Shown: piece by piece, positions 44,944 through 53,918 of the stretch | Numbering within the stretch: position 1 is the first letter of the stretch | How the letters are laid out: each line of letters starts with the position of its first letter | Source: Candidatus Hadarchaeales archaeon | Lineage (GTDB): Archaea > Hadarchaeota > Hadarchaeia > Hadarchaeales > Hadarchaeaceae | Reading direction: 5' to 3' | Length of the DNA stretch: 64,000 nucleotides | Assembly: GCA_038851075.1 (NCBI GenBank) | Contig: JAWCLG010000002.1 | Location: forward strand, 49,098-113,097 | Translations under genes and position numbers: made by a program | Notes under the pieces: generated by a model | What the model saw: only the letters and a program-made list of their open reading frames with translations | The model's database searches: none | What the model was told of the DNA's origin: nothing

Positions 44944-46133
44944 ACATGTTTCGGAAAGCGTCGGTTGTCGGCTGTGGCATGACAAAATTCGGCCGCCACG
45001 ACGATAAGACCCTGCTGGAGATGTTGACTGAAGCTTCGCTCAAAGCGCTTGATGATGCAGGACTCGGGGAGAAGGATGTCGATGCGATATATGTTTCAAA
45101 CATGCTCGGCGGTGAGCTTACACGGCAGACGGCTCTGGCCACAGCCCTCTCAGACCAGCTTGGGATGTTTCCGGTAGCGGCTGACAGGGTTGAGAACGGT
45201 CCAGCTTCTGGCGGATCGGCTGTAAAAAACGCATCTTTGGCCATCGCTTCAGGGGTCTTTGATAGGGTGCTTGTCGTTGGCGGAGAGAAGATGAGGCATG
45301 TTTCAGGTGAGACAATAACAGATTACATCGCCACAATGACACATCCTCTTGCAGAATATCCGCAGGGTGCAACCCTTCCATCTCTGGCAGGAATGCTGGC
45401 CAGGCTTTACATGCACCGTTACGGTGTTAAGCGCGACCATCTTGCCATGATAGCCGTGAAAAATCACGAGAATGCGCTGAAAAATCCATATGCCCACATA
45501 CGGACAAAAATAACGATGGAAGGCATTCTCTACTCTCCCGAGGCAGAACAGAACAATCCGCTTGTTGCAGATCCGCTCAGGCTCTATGACTGTTGTCCGA
45601 TAACAGACGGAGCGGCAGCGCTTGTTTTATCATCGAGCGAACGGGCAAGAGAGTTTACGGATTCTCCGGTTGTTGTTGAGGGCATCGGACAGGCAAACGA
45701 TACTCTCGCCCTACATGAGAGAAAGGACCCCACAGTCCTCTATTCTGTGAGGAGCTCGGCAAAGAGAGCTTTTGATATGGCCAAGATAGGTCCTGAGGAT
45801 GTAGACGTGGCCGAACTTCATGACGCGTTTACAATACTGGAGCTTGCCGAGAGTGAGGATGCGGGATTTTTTGAAAAGGGAACCGGGCACAAAGCTGTTG
45901 AGGAGGGCGCAACGCAAATCGGAGGAAAGCTTCCAATAAACCCATCAGGCGGTCTCAAAGCTAGAGGGCATCCCGTTGGTGCCACCGGTGTTGCCCAGGT
46001 GGTCGAGATAACTTGGCAGCTCAGAGGTGAAGCTGACGAAAGACAGGTTAAAGGGGCGGAAATAGGATTCACATGTAACTTCGGAGGATTTGGGAATAAT
46101 GTTGTCTCTTTTGTCTTCAGGAGGGGCGACTGA
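44940..46133 (+). CDS. SCP2/Ltp2-type thiolase-superfamily protein lacking the nucleophilic Cys
   Basis: GMTKFG, VENGPASG (normally ExACASG), CCPITDGAAA, ELHDAF, NPSGGL..GHP. Confidence 0.88.
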   Translation: MNMFRKASVVGCGMTKFGRHDDKTLLEMLTEASLKALDDAGLGEKDVDAIYVSNMLGGELTRQTALATALSDQLGMFPVAADRVENGPASGGSAVKNASLAIASGVFDRVLVVGGEKMRHVSGETITDYIATMTHPLAEYPQGATLPSLAGMLARLYMHRYGVKRDHLAMIAVKNHENALKNPYAHIRTKITMEGILYSPEAEQNNPLVADPLRLYDCCPITDGAAALVLSSSERAREFTDSPVVVEGIGQANDTLALHERKDPTVLYSVRSSAKRAFDMAKIGPEDVDVAELHDAFTILELAESEDAGFFEKGTGHKAVEEGATQIGGKLPINPSGGLKARGHPVGATGVAQVVEITWQLRGEADERQVKGAEIGFTCNFGGFGNNVVSFVFRRGD

Positions 46134-46480
46134 TGGTTCAGACCAGAAAGATGTTTGCATACAGGTGTAAAAGATGCGGTGCAATTTACTACCCCAAAAG
46201 GGCAAGATGCGCCAAGTGCAAGTTCAGGGATTTTGATGAGATTGAGCTCGGGGGTTCATGCACCGTGGTCACCTACACGAAACTGTATGCGATACCGAGA
46301 GGCATTGATAGGGTCCCTCTTGTACTTGGGATTGTGGAATTCGAAAACGGTGTTAGAGCTTTTGGTCAGATAAGGGCAGAAAATGTTGAGATAGGAATGA
46401 GACTGAGACCGGTGTGGGGAAAACTTAGAACATCTGAAGGCAGAGAGATGCATGGGTTCATGTTTGAACCGGACTCGTGA
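46133..46480 (+). CDS. DUF35 Zn-ribbon/OB-fold thiolase partner
   Basis: RCKRCG..YYP.R..CAKC, then OB fold; coupled to the thiolase stop. Confidence 0.92.
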   Translation: MVQTRKMFAYRCKRCGAIYYPKRARCAKCKFRDFDEIELGGSCTVVTYTKLYAIPRGIDRVPLVLGIVEFENGVRAFGQIRAENVEIGMRLRPVWGKLRTSEGREMHGFMFEPDS

Positions 46481-46533
46481 GCAAATTTTAGTTTTGGCTA
46501 AATCTTTTACCAAGTTAGTTGCAATGTAATATT

Positions 46534-46812
46534 GTGAAGGTTAAGGTAAGATTTATCGGGCCTTTTCGGGATGCAGCCGGAGTTGGCGAGACAGAGGTAT
46601 GTGGTATCAGCGATTTGCGTGGGCTTTTTGAGTACCTGGTCAAAAGTTTTGGAAAGCTGAAAAACGAGATGTTCGACCCGAAAACTAATAGGCTTCTTGA
46701 TTGGGTTTTCGTTTCACTTAACGGGACAACCGTAAGATTGCCTGAGGACTTCGACAGAAAATTGAAGGATGGGGACGTGATCGTTATCTACCCTCCGCTC
46801 GCCGGAGGATAA
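46534..46812 (+). CDS. MoaD/SAMP ubiquitin-like sulfur carrier
   Basis: VKVRF..FRDAAG, VSLNG, LKDGDVIVIYPPLAGG C-terminal diglycine. Confidence 0.92.
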   Translation: MKVKVRFIGPFRDAAGVGETEVCGISDLRGLFEYLVKSFGKLKNEMFDPKTNRLLDWVFVSLNGTTVRLPEDFDRKLKDGDVIVIYPPLAGG

Positions 46813-46853
46813 CTTCAGAAAATTTTATTAGATAATGGGGTGAAATTTTTCAC

Positions 46854-47348
46854 ATGAATTCAGAAAAATTAAAAGAGAAAAGAAGCACGCTTTTCACGGA
46901 TGAGAGGAAGTGCACGGGTTGTAGATCATGTGAACTCGCCTGTTCTTTTTATCATTACAGGGAGCACAATCCTTCTCGCGCGTTTTTAAAAATAGTAAAA
47001 ATAGAAGAACAGTTCAGAGACGTCCCCGTGATATGCAGGCACTGCGGTAAGGCGCCCTGCATTGAGGTATGCCCTGTCGGAGCGATTGGAAGGAACGAGA
47101 GGACGGGGGCGGTGGTTATAGATCAGGAAAAATGCATAAGATGCAGGGCATGCGTCGAAGCCTGTCCGTTCTCAGTAATAATTGTCGACCCAAAAACTGG
47201 AAAAATAGCCAAGTGCGATCTGTGTGAAGGAAACCCTAGATGTGCCCAGGCCTGTGTAACCGGAGCTATTTTTTTTCGGAGGTCGGACGTAGGACCTAGG
47301 GTTCTGATGAGAAGCAAAATAGAGAGGAAAGAGATGAAAAAACCGTGA
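46854..47348 (+). CDS. 4x[4Fe-4S] electron-transfer subunit (DmsB/HycB-like), AOR partner
   Basis: CTGCRSCELAC, CRHC..APCIEVCP, CIRCRACVEACP, KCDLC...PRC...C. Confidence 0.93.
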   Translation: MNSEKLKEKRSTLFTDERKCTGCRSCELACSFYHYREHNPSRAFLKIVKIEEQFRDVPVICRHCGKAPCIEVCPVGAIGRNERTGAVVIDQEKCIRCRACVEACPFSVIIVDPKTGKIAKCDLCEGNPRCAQACVTGAIFFRRSDVGPRVLMRSKIERKEMKKP

Positions 47349-47358
47349 GGTTGGGAAT

Positions 47359-49257
47359 ATGGATGAAAAAATCTATGGATGGGCTGGAGTAATTTTGAGG
47401 GTTGATTTAAACAGGGAGAAAGTAGTGAAGCAACCACTGCCAGAAGAACTTTCGATGAACTTTCTTGGGGGAGCCGGAATAAACGCCAAGATTCTGTACG
47501 ATGAGGTTCCGCCAGAGGTGAACGAGTTTGACCCGGAGAACAGGCTCATTGCTGGAGTCGGGCCCCTCACCGGAACACTTCTTCCAACAGGCGGAAGAAC
47601 AACGTTCACCGCTAGAAGCCCCCTGACATTTGCCTTTGGAGACAGCAACGTCGGAGGTCATTTTGGTTCAGAGCTCAAATTTGCAGGTTACGATATCATA
47701 GTTTTTCAGGGGAGAGCCAGCAGGCCTCTTTATCTGTGGATCGACGATGACAAAGTTGAGCTCAGAGATGCATCAAAATTATGGGGAAGGGACGTTTTCC
47801 AGACAGACGATATGATAAAGGAGGAGCTGGGAGACCCGGACCTGAAAATAGCCTCAATTGGCCCAGCAGGCGAAAACTTGGTGAGAAGCGCTGCGATAAT
47901 GACAGATCGTACAAGAGCCGCAGGCTGGGGAGGAGTGGGAGCTGTAATGGGATCAAAGAGGCTGAAGGCAATAGCTGTACGTGGGACTAGGGGAGTGCAG
48001 GTGGCACATCCCGAGAAAATAGAAGATCTGTTCAAGAAATGCGTTCAGATGATGAAGGGTGCAGCGAAGTACAAGTGGTACAGTTATTACGGAAAGCCAT
48101 GGCTCACATGGCTTAGAAACGAAAAGCAAAAGTCTAACCCAACCAAGAATTTTACCCTCCCGCGGGTCCCTGCTTCAGAGTTCCCGAAGGTCGACCATGA
48201 AGCTTTTGCCAAGCATATAATCAGATGGAAGGGCTGTTTCAACTGCCAGATGCACTGCGGGCACGTTTTGAGGGGATTGGCAGGGCCGTATAAGGACATC
48301 GTGGGGGAAGGATACGAATACAACCAGCTTATAGACGGTTACATGATGGGAATATTCGACCTCAATTTTGTCCTGAAGTGGACTGTCGAGACAAACAGGC
48401 TTGGAGTTGACTGCGACTGGCCTGCATACACAATCGCCTGGGCCATGGAGCTCTGGGAAAAAAGGATCATCTCAGAAAAGGACACGGATGGCATAAAGCT
48501 GGAGTGGGGAAACCAGGAGGCTGCACTTACGATGCTTAACAAGATAGTCTACAGGGATGGTTTTGGGGATCTGCTCGCGGAGGGGGCCTGGGTTGCGTCC
48601 AAGAAGTTGGGCAGAGGATCCGAAAAGTTCGCGCATCACTCAAAGGGAGGCAGACTTGAGATAGACCCCAGGACCGGATGGGGGACGGCCCTTTCACACG
48701 CCACCTCGACAAGGGGGGCCGATCATCTTAAAGGAATGCCGCTCAGCAACGCTTACGGAAAGTGGGCCGGAATAGAGTACAACTATGCAGACGACAGCAG
48801 CGTGGAGCACAAGGCTGAAGCAGTGATATTTTTTGAGAATTTAAATGCGGTGATTGACTCTCTAACCCTTTGCAAAAATGTCACCTGGACTCAAAGCGAG
48901 GACAGTTTTGGTCTTCCGGAGTTCTCCGAGTGGATGTACGCGGTTACTGGACGTGAGTTCTCTCCTGTTAGACTGCTGGAGATAGGGGAGAGGATATATA
49001 ATGTTGAGAGAGCGTTCAACTCAAAGTGCGGACTTACAAGAGACAATGACACATTCACCGACAAATTTTTCACGGAACCGATTGAGTCGAAGATAAGGGT
49101 GCTGGACAGGAACATTTTCGAGAAGCTGAAGGATAGGTATTACGAAAAGAGGGGATGGGATGTGAAGACCGGACATCCAACAAAGGAAAAACTAGTGTCG
49201 CTTGGTCTGAGCGATGTTGCGGACGACCTCATAAAAAGAGGAATTATTAAGGGATAA
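47359..49257 (+). CDS. Tungsten aldehyde:ferredoxin oxidoreductase family protein 1
   Basis: RSPLT, DSNVGG, IGPAGEN, GAVMGSKRLKAI, CFNCQMHC, RGADH, YY..RGWD. Confidence 0.93.
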   Translation: MDEKIYGWAGVILRVDLNREKVVKQPLPEELSMNFLGGAGINAKILYDEVPPEVNEFDPENRLIAGVGPLTGTLLPTGGRTTFTARSPLTFAFGDSNVGGHFGSELKFAGYDIIVFQGRASRPLYLWIDDDKVELRDASKLWGRDVFQTDDMIKEELGDPDLKIASIGPAGENLVRSAAIMTDRTRAAGWGGVGAVMGSKRLKAIAVRGTRGVQVAHPEKIEDLFKKCVQMMKGAAKYKWYSYYGKPWLTWLRNEKQKSNPTKNFTLPRVPASEFPKVDHEAFAKHIIRWKGCFNCQMHCGHVLRGLAGPYKDIVGEGYEYNQLIDGYMMGIFDLNFVLKWTVETNRLGVDCDWPAYTIAWAMELWEKRIISEKDTDGIKLEWGNQEAALTMLNKIVYRDGFGDLLAEGAWVASKKLGRGSEKFAHHSKGGRLEIDPRTGWGTALSHATSTRGADHLKGMPLSNAYGKWAGIEYNYADDSSVEHKAEAVIFFENLNAVIDSLTLCKNVTWTQSEDSFGLPEFSEWMYAVTGREFSPVRLLEIGERIYNVERAFNSKCGLTRDNDTFTDKFFTEPIESKIRVLDRNIFEKLKDRYYEKRGWDVKTGHPTKEKLVSLGLSDVADDLIKRGIIKG

Positions 49258-49260
49258 ATC

Positions 49261-50244
49261 TTGATAGTAGACTTTCATGCGGAAATCATAACAAAGCGCT
49301 ACTTTAAGAGGATGTTGAGATCACGTGGAGTTCCAAGGATCGAAACGGTGAAAGGAGGATATAGGATTTTTTACGGGGATAACCTGGCGTACCATTTCGA
49401 CAATAGAATGCTTGAGATGGATATCCGTGAAAGAGAAATGGAACAAAGCGGGGTGGATATCCAGGTTATAGGGCTGGCGATGCCGGGTGTTGATATGCTG
49501 AAAAAGAGAGAGGCCATCGACGCTTCAAAGGAATCAAACGATGACCTCTGTGAAGTCGTTGGAAAGAGCTCCAAGTTTTTGGGGCTTGCCACCGTTCCAA
49601 TGAAATATCCCGAAATTGCGGTTAGGGAGATTGAGAGGTGTGTGGATGAGCTCGGGCTGAGCGGATTAAAAATACCATCAAATGTCGACGGGGTACCGCT
49701 TGACTGGGAAGGTTTTCACCAGATATATGAAGCTGCTGAAGAGATGGGCGTTCCCGTCATGATCCATCCGGCAAAACCCGTGATGGCAGATTTCACGATG
49801 GAATACGGATTGACTAACGTTGTTGGCTTTTTATTTGACACCACACTGGCAGCTCTCAGACTTGTTTTTGGAGGAGTCATGGAGAAATTCAGAAAATTAA
49901 AGGTCATCCTCCCTCATGCTGGAAGCACCATTCCTTACATCATAAGCAGGATAGACCACCAGCACGGCATAAACGTAGACTGCAGAGAGCATATACGCCG
50001 TCCCCCGAGCAGTTATATAAAAAAGATTTACATAGACACAGCGCAGGCTTTCCATGCTCCGGCGTTTATGTGCGCCAGAGAGCTGATGACCTCAGACAGG
50101 ATTATTTTTGGAACCGATTATCCTTTTGCGTCAATAGAAAAGTCTGTGGAGTTCATAAGGAGCCTTGATATACCAGAGGATGAAAAATCAAAAATTTTAT
50201 ACAAAAATGCTGAGGTAATCCTAAAGGTATTACGGGAAAAATAA
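49261..50244 (+). CDS. Amidohydrolase-2 family (ACMSD/decarboxylase-like)
   Basis: DFHAE, VMIHP, HAGSTIPY..R, FGTDYPF. Confidence 0.85.
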   Translation: MIVDFHAEIITKRYFKRMLRSRGVPRIETVKGGYRIFYGDNLAYHFDNRMLEMDIREREMEQSGVDIQVIGLAMPGVDMLKKREAIDASKESNDDLCEVVGKSSKFLGLATVPMKYPEIAVREIERCVDELGLSGLKIPSNVDGVPLDWEGFHQIYEAAEEMGVPVMIHPAKPVMADFTMEYGLTNVVGFLFDTTLAALRLVFGGVMEKFRKLKVILPHAGSTIPYIISRIDHQHGINVDCREHIRRPPSSYIKKIYIDTAQAFHAPAFMCARELMTSDRIIFGTDYPFASIEKSVEFIRSLDIPEDEKSKILYKNAEVILKVLREK

Positions 50245-51512
50245 TGCCAGAAAAAGATTTCAATTCGCTGATTGACGAGGCCAACATTTCCGCGGTTGAG
50301 CGGATCATGGAATCGCATCCTTTTCTTGTTGGAATTGACAGGGCTATCAGAAAGATACCTGGAATGAAAGAGCGCATGCTTCTGCATGCCGGATATCCCC
50401 GCCTATCCTGGGAGGAGATGATAGGCCCCATGAAGGGAGCTGTAATAGGGGCAATTCTGTATGAGGGATGGGCGGATTCCAAAGAGAAGGCTATCCGGAT
50501 GGCCGAAAGGGGAGAGATAGAGTTCTCGCCGACAGTGGACCACAGTTCAGTCGCCCCGATGGCAGGAATAATCTCCCCGTCCATGCCTGTTTTTTTGGTT
50601 GAGAACAGAACATACGGAAACTTTGCTTATTCCAATATAAACGAGGGACTTGGAAAAGCGCTGAGATTCGGTGCTTTTGATGATGAGGTGATAAAAAGGC
50701 TCAGATGGATCGAGGAGGTCCTAATGCCGAGCCTTGAGATAGTGCTCAGGGAGATGCGTGAGATTGATTTGAGGGGTTTTATAGAGGGGGCCCTTCACAG
50801 GGGAGATGAATGCCACAACAGGAATAAGACAGTTTCTCTGATGTTTCTCTCCAGCATATCCTCTGTCCTGATAAGATCGGATCTAGACAGGGAGAAGGTC
50901 GCTGAGGTCGTTGATTTCATCAACGGAAACCCTCACTTCTTTCTCAACCTTTCAATACCTTCCAGCAAGTGCTCTCTTGACGCCGCCCATGGAATAAATT
51001 ACAGCACAGTGGTCAGCGGCCTTACAACAAACGGAAAAAATCTGGCAATGAGGGTGAGCGGCTTGGATAACTGGATAACCGCACCTTCAGTTATTGCAAA
51101 GGCCAAGTACTTCAGAGGTTTTGATGAAAGCTGTGCGGCCCCGGTCCTTGGAGACTCTTATCACTCTGAGCCGGCAGGTATTGGAGCTTTTGCAATGGCT
51201 GCGGCTCCCGCGATAGTGAGTTTTGTCGGGGGGGAGCCGGATATGGGGTTCAAGGCGACAACAGAGATGTACCGAATAACAGTGGCCGAGCACAGGTACT
51301 ACAAAATAGCGAATCTTGGGTATCGCGGGACTCCAACGGGAATTGACATAAGGAAGGTCTTGAAAACTGGAATAACGCCGATAATAAACACGGGAGTTGC
51401 GCATCGTGAGCCAGGTGTTGGTCAGATAGGTGCGGGGATACTCAGGTTGCCAATGGAACTTTTTACGAAGGCGAAAAAGGAATTTGAAGAAAAATACGGA
51501 GTACGGCTGTGA
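50244..51512 (+). CDS. DUF1116 family protein (YlbE/AllG-like)
   Basis: LLHAG, VAPMAGIISPSMPV, NEGLGKALRFGA, GDECHNRN, INTGVAH..PGVGQIGAG. Confidence 0.9.
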   Translation: MPEKDFNSLIDEANISAVERIMESHPFLVGIDRAIRKIPGMKERMLLHAGYPRLSWEEMIGPMKGAVIGAILYEGWADSKEKAIRMAERGEIEFSPTVDHSSVAPMAGIISPSMPVFLVENRTYGNFAYSNINEGLGKALRFGAFDDEVIKRLRWIEEVLMPSLEIVLREMREIDLRGFIEGALHRGDECHNRNKTVSLMFLSSISSVLIRSDLDREKVAEVVDFINGNPHFFLNLSIPSSKCSLDAAHGINYSTVVSGLTTNGKNLAMRVSGLDNWITAPSVIAKAKYFRGFDESCAAPVLGDSYHSEPAGIGAFAMAAAPAIVSFVGGEPDMGFKATTEMYRITVAEHRYYKIANLGYRGTPTGIDIRKVLKTGITPIINTGVAHREPGVGQIGAGILRLPMELFTKAKKEFEEKYGVRL

Positions 51513-51513
51513 T

Positions 51514-52278
51514 TTACTCTTCTATGAACGCGACCACCCTACATGGGCAGGATTCCCCACCAACTATCTTTAACGGAAAACATCCTATGTAGGCTCTTCT
51601 GTTAAGGACTTGATCAATGTCGCCCCCAACGTTTTCCACGTGAATTATCTCGTGAGGTTTTGGAAACAGGGTTGCGTGCATCATGTGGTCCATGTCTGCA
51701 GTGAATATCTCATCCAGAGGTCTGCCCAGCTTTTCCTCCGCTTCTCTGGCCACGAGCGGATTCATCTTCCTCAGGCAGGTGTTCATCGGATGGTCAGCGG
51801 ATCCGCAGTCAACTCCGATCCACTTAAAGTTCATCTTGGCGCACCAGTCCCTGAACTCGCGATGTGGTCCGGGGTGCTTATAGAAGTAGGCAATTTCATC
51901 GGGGTCCCTGTCTCCAGGAAAATACTTGTGGAATCCAGTGTGAATTATCAGAATATCCTCTCTTTTTATTTCCACCTTGCCCTCGAAGTTTTTTGGAGAG
52001 TAGATCCCGTAAGCACCGACCTCGCTCACATCGACTATCGCTCCCTCCCCGAAGAGCTTGTCTATCGGGAGACTGCTCAGGTCGCGACCCTTTGGATCAA
52101 AGTGGAGTGGGCCGTCCAGGTGTGTGCTGATATGAGTCGTGAATTTTATTTCCTGCTGTCCGTATCCATCGGTCGAGATCCTGTTCACGTACCTTATGGT
52201 CGGTGAAACACCTCCGGGCCAAGGTGGAGTGAATATGCCAAGGGGCTGGGTCAAATCAACGGCCCGTATTCTCGCCAT
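51514..52278 (-). CDS. Cyclase family metallohydrolase (kynurenine formamidase-like)
   Basis: DLTQP, HISTHLDGP, IIHTG, GVDCGSAD, HVEN; start moved to ATG 52278. Confidence 0.9.
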   Translation of the reverse strand: MARIRAVDLTQPLGIFTPPWPGGVSPTIRYVNRISTDGYGQQEIKFTTHISTHLDGPLHFDPKGRDLSSLPIDKLFGEGAIVDVSEVGAYGIYSPKNFEGKVEIKREDILIIHTGFHKYFPGDRDPDEIAYFYKHPGPHREFRDWCAKMNFKWIGVDCGSADHPMNTCLRKMNPLVAREAEEKLGRPLDEIFTADMDHMMHATLFPKPHEIIHVENVGGDIDQVLNRRAYIGCFPLKIVGGESCPCRVVAFIEE

Positions 52279-52375
52279 AATAATCAAATAGACGTGTTGC
52301 TCATACAATAAATATTTTCCGATGTTTTTAGGACCCACGAATAATTTTTTATCCAACCGGTGTAGTAAGTATTTG

Positions 52376-53908
52376 ATGAAGTCCAAAGGGCATTCCGGTG
52401 AAGTGGTTCTGGAGATGAAGGGGATAACAAAGAGATTCCCCGGAGTCGTTGCCAATGATCACATAGATTTTGTTCTTAAGAGGGGCGAAATCCACAGCAT
52501 TCTAGGAGAAAACGGAGCCGGAAAGACCACCCTGATGAAAATTCTTTACGGGCTCTATCAGCCGGACGAGGGTGAGATCAGAGTATTCGGAAAAAAAGTG
52601 CAAATAAAATCCCCAAGGGACTCTATCAGACTGGGCATAGGACTTGTCCCTCAAATAAGCATGCTTGTTCCAACTTTGACCGTGAGGGAAAATATCGTCC
52701 TGGGGCTTGAGCCCTGTAGAGGCGTGTTTATCGATGTCAAGGAGGAGATAAAAAGAATAAACGAACTACAGAAAAAGTTCGGATTGGAAGTTCCTTTAGA
52801 TGCTAAGCCGTGGCAGCTTTCTGTCGGAGAAAAACAGAAGGTGGAAATACTCCGTGCTCTCTATCGCGGCAGCAAAATCCTGATAATGGACGAACCAACT
52901 TCAGTGCTGTCTCCTCCTGAAAAAAAGTCACTTCTTGAGAGCATGAAAAAAATGGCCAGGTCTGGGATAGCCTCGGTTCCTTTCATCACGCATAAGATCC
53001 CGGAGGTCTTGGCGGTGAGCGATCGCATTACCATTCTTAGGAGAGGCAAAGTAACGGGAAGACTTGAGACAAGAAAAGCATCCAGGGAAAAAATAATAAT
53101 GAGCATGATAGGAAGGTCCGTGGAATTCAGAAGAGAGAGAATTAGCGCCAAAAAAGGCAGGAAGATACTTGAAGTTTCGTGCCTGAAAAGCTTCAGCGAC
53201 AAGGGAGTTCTTGCGGTTAAGGGAGTCTCTTTTTTTGTTGGCCAGGGGGAGATTCTCGGAATAGCCGGGGTTGCCGGAAACGGCCAGAAAGAGCTGGCTG
53301 AGACAATAATGGGTCTCAGAAGAGCTTCCGAGGGAAAAATACTGTATGCCGGAAAAGACATCACAAACAAATCGCCTTCCTTCATACGTTCTTTAAATAT
53401 CGGTTTCATCCCCGGAGAGAGGTTTAAGTGGGGAATTTCGCCAAGCCTGACCGTATATGAAAACGTGGCAATGGGTTACTACAACAAGTACCCATTTTCG
53501 AAAAGGGGAATGCTGAACTACGGTGAGGTTATAAGGCTCACCGAGGAGTTGATTAAAAAATTTGATATAAGGGCACCGTCTCCCAGTACAGTGGCTAGAA
53601 CTCTATCAGGTGGGAACATTCAAAAGCTGATTCTGGCAAAGGAGCTCTCATCCAGCCCCGGTTTTATACTGGCGGAAGAGCCAACGGCCGGGCTCGATGT
53701 CGGGTGCCAGGAGTTCATTCATAATGTTCTCATTCAGGAAAAGAAGAAAGGGACCGCAGTGCTCCTGTTTTCAGGAGATCTCGATGAAATAATGAAAATC
53801 AGCGACAGAATTGGTGTAATGTATGAAGGAAAGATAGTCTCAGTCGTACCCGCGGCCAAGGCGAAGAAGGAAAAGATTGGAAGCATGATGGTGGGGAAGA
53901 GGGTATAA
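52376..53908 (+). CDS. Nucleoside-type (CUT2) ABC transporter ATP-binding protein
   Basis: ITKRFPGVVAND, GENGAGKTT, LSVGEKQ, GVAGNGQ, LSGGNIQK. Confidence 0.93.
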   Translation: MKSKGHSGEVVLEMKGITKRFPGVVANDHIDFVLKRGEIHSILGENGAGKTTLMKILYGLYQPDEGEIRVFGKKVQIKSPRDSIRLGIGLVPQISMLVPTLTVRENIVLGLEPCRGVFIDVKEEIKRINELQKKFGLEVPLDAKPWQLSVGEKQKVEILRALYRGSKILIMDEPTSVLSPPEKKSLLESMKKMARSGIASVPFITHKIPEVLAVSDRITILRRGKVTGRLETRKASREKIIMSMIGRSVEFRRERISAKKGRKILEVSCLKSFSDKGVLAVKGVSFFVGQGEILGIAGVAGNGQKELAETIMGLRRASEGKILYAGKDITNKSPSFIRSLNIGFIPGERFKWGISPSLTVYENVAMGYYNKYPFSKRGMLNYGEVIRLTEELIKKFDIRAPSPSTVARTLSGGNIQKLILAKELSSSPGFILAEEPTAGLDVGCQEFIHNVLIQEKKKGTAVLLFSGDLDEIMKISDRIGVMYEGKIVSVVPAAKAKKEKIGSMMVGKRV

Positions 53909-53918
53909 GGGTATACCG

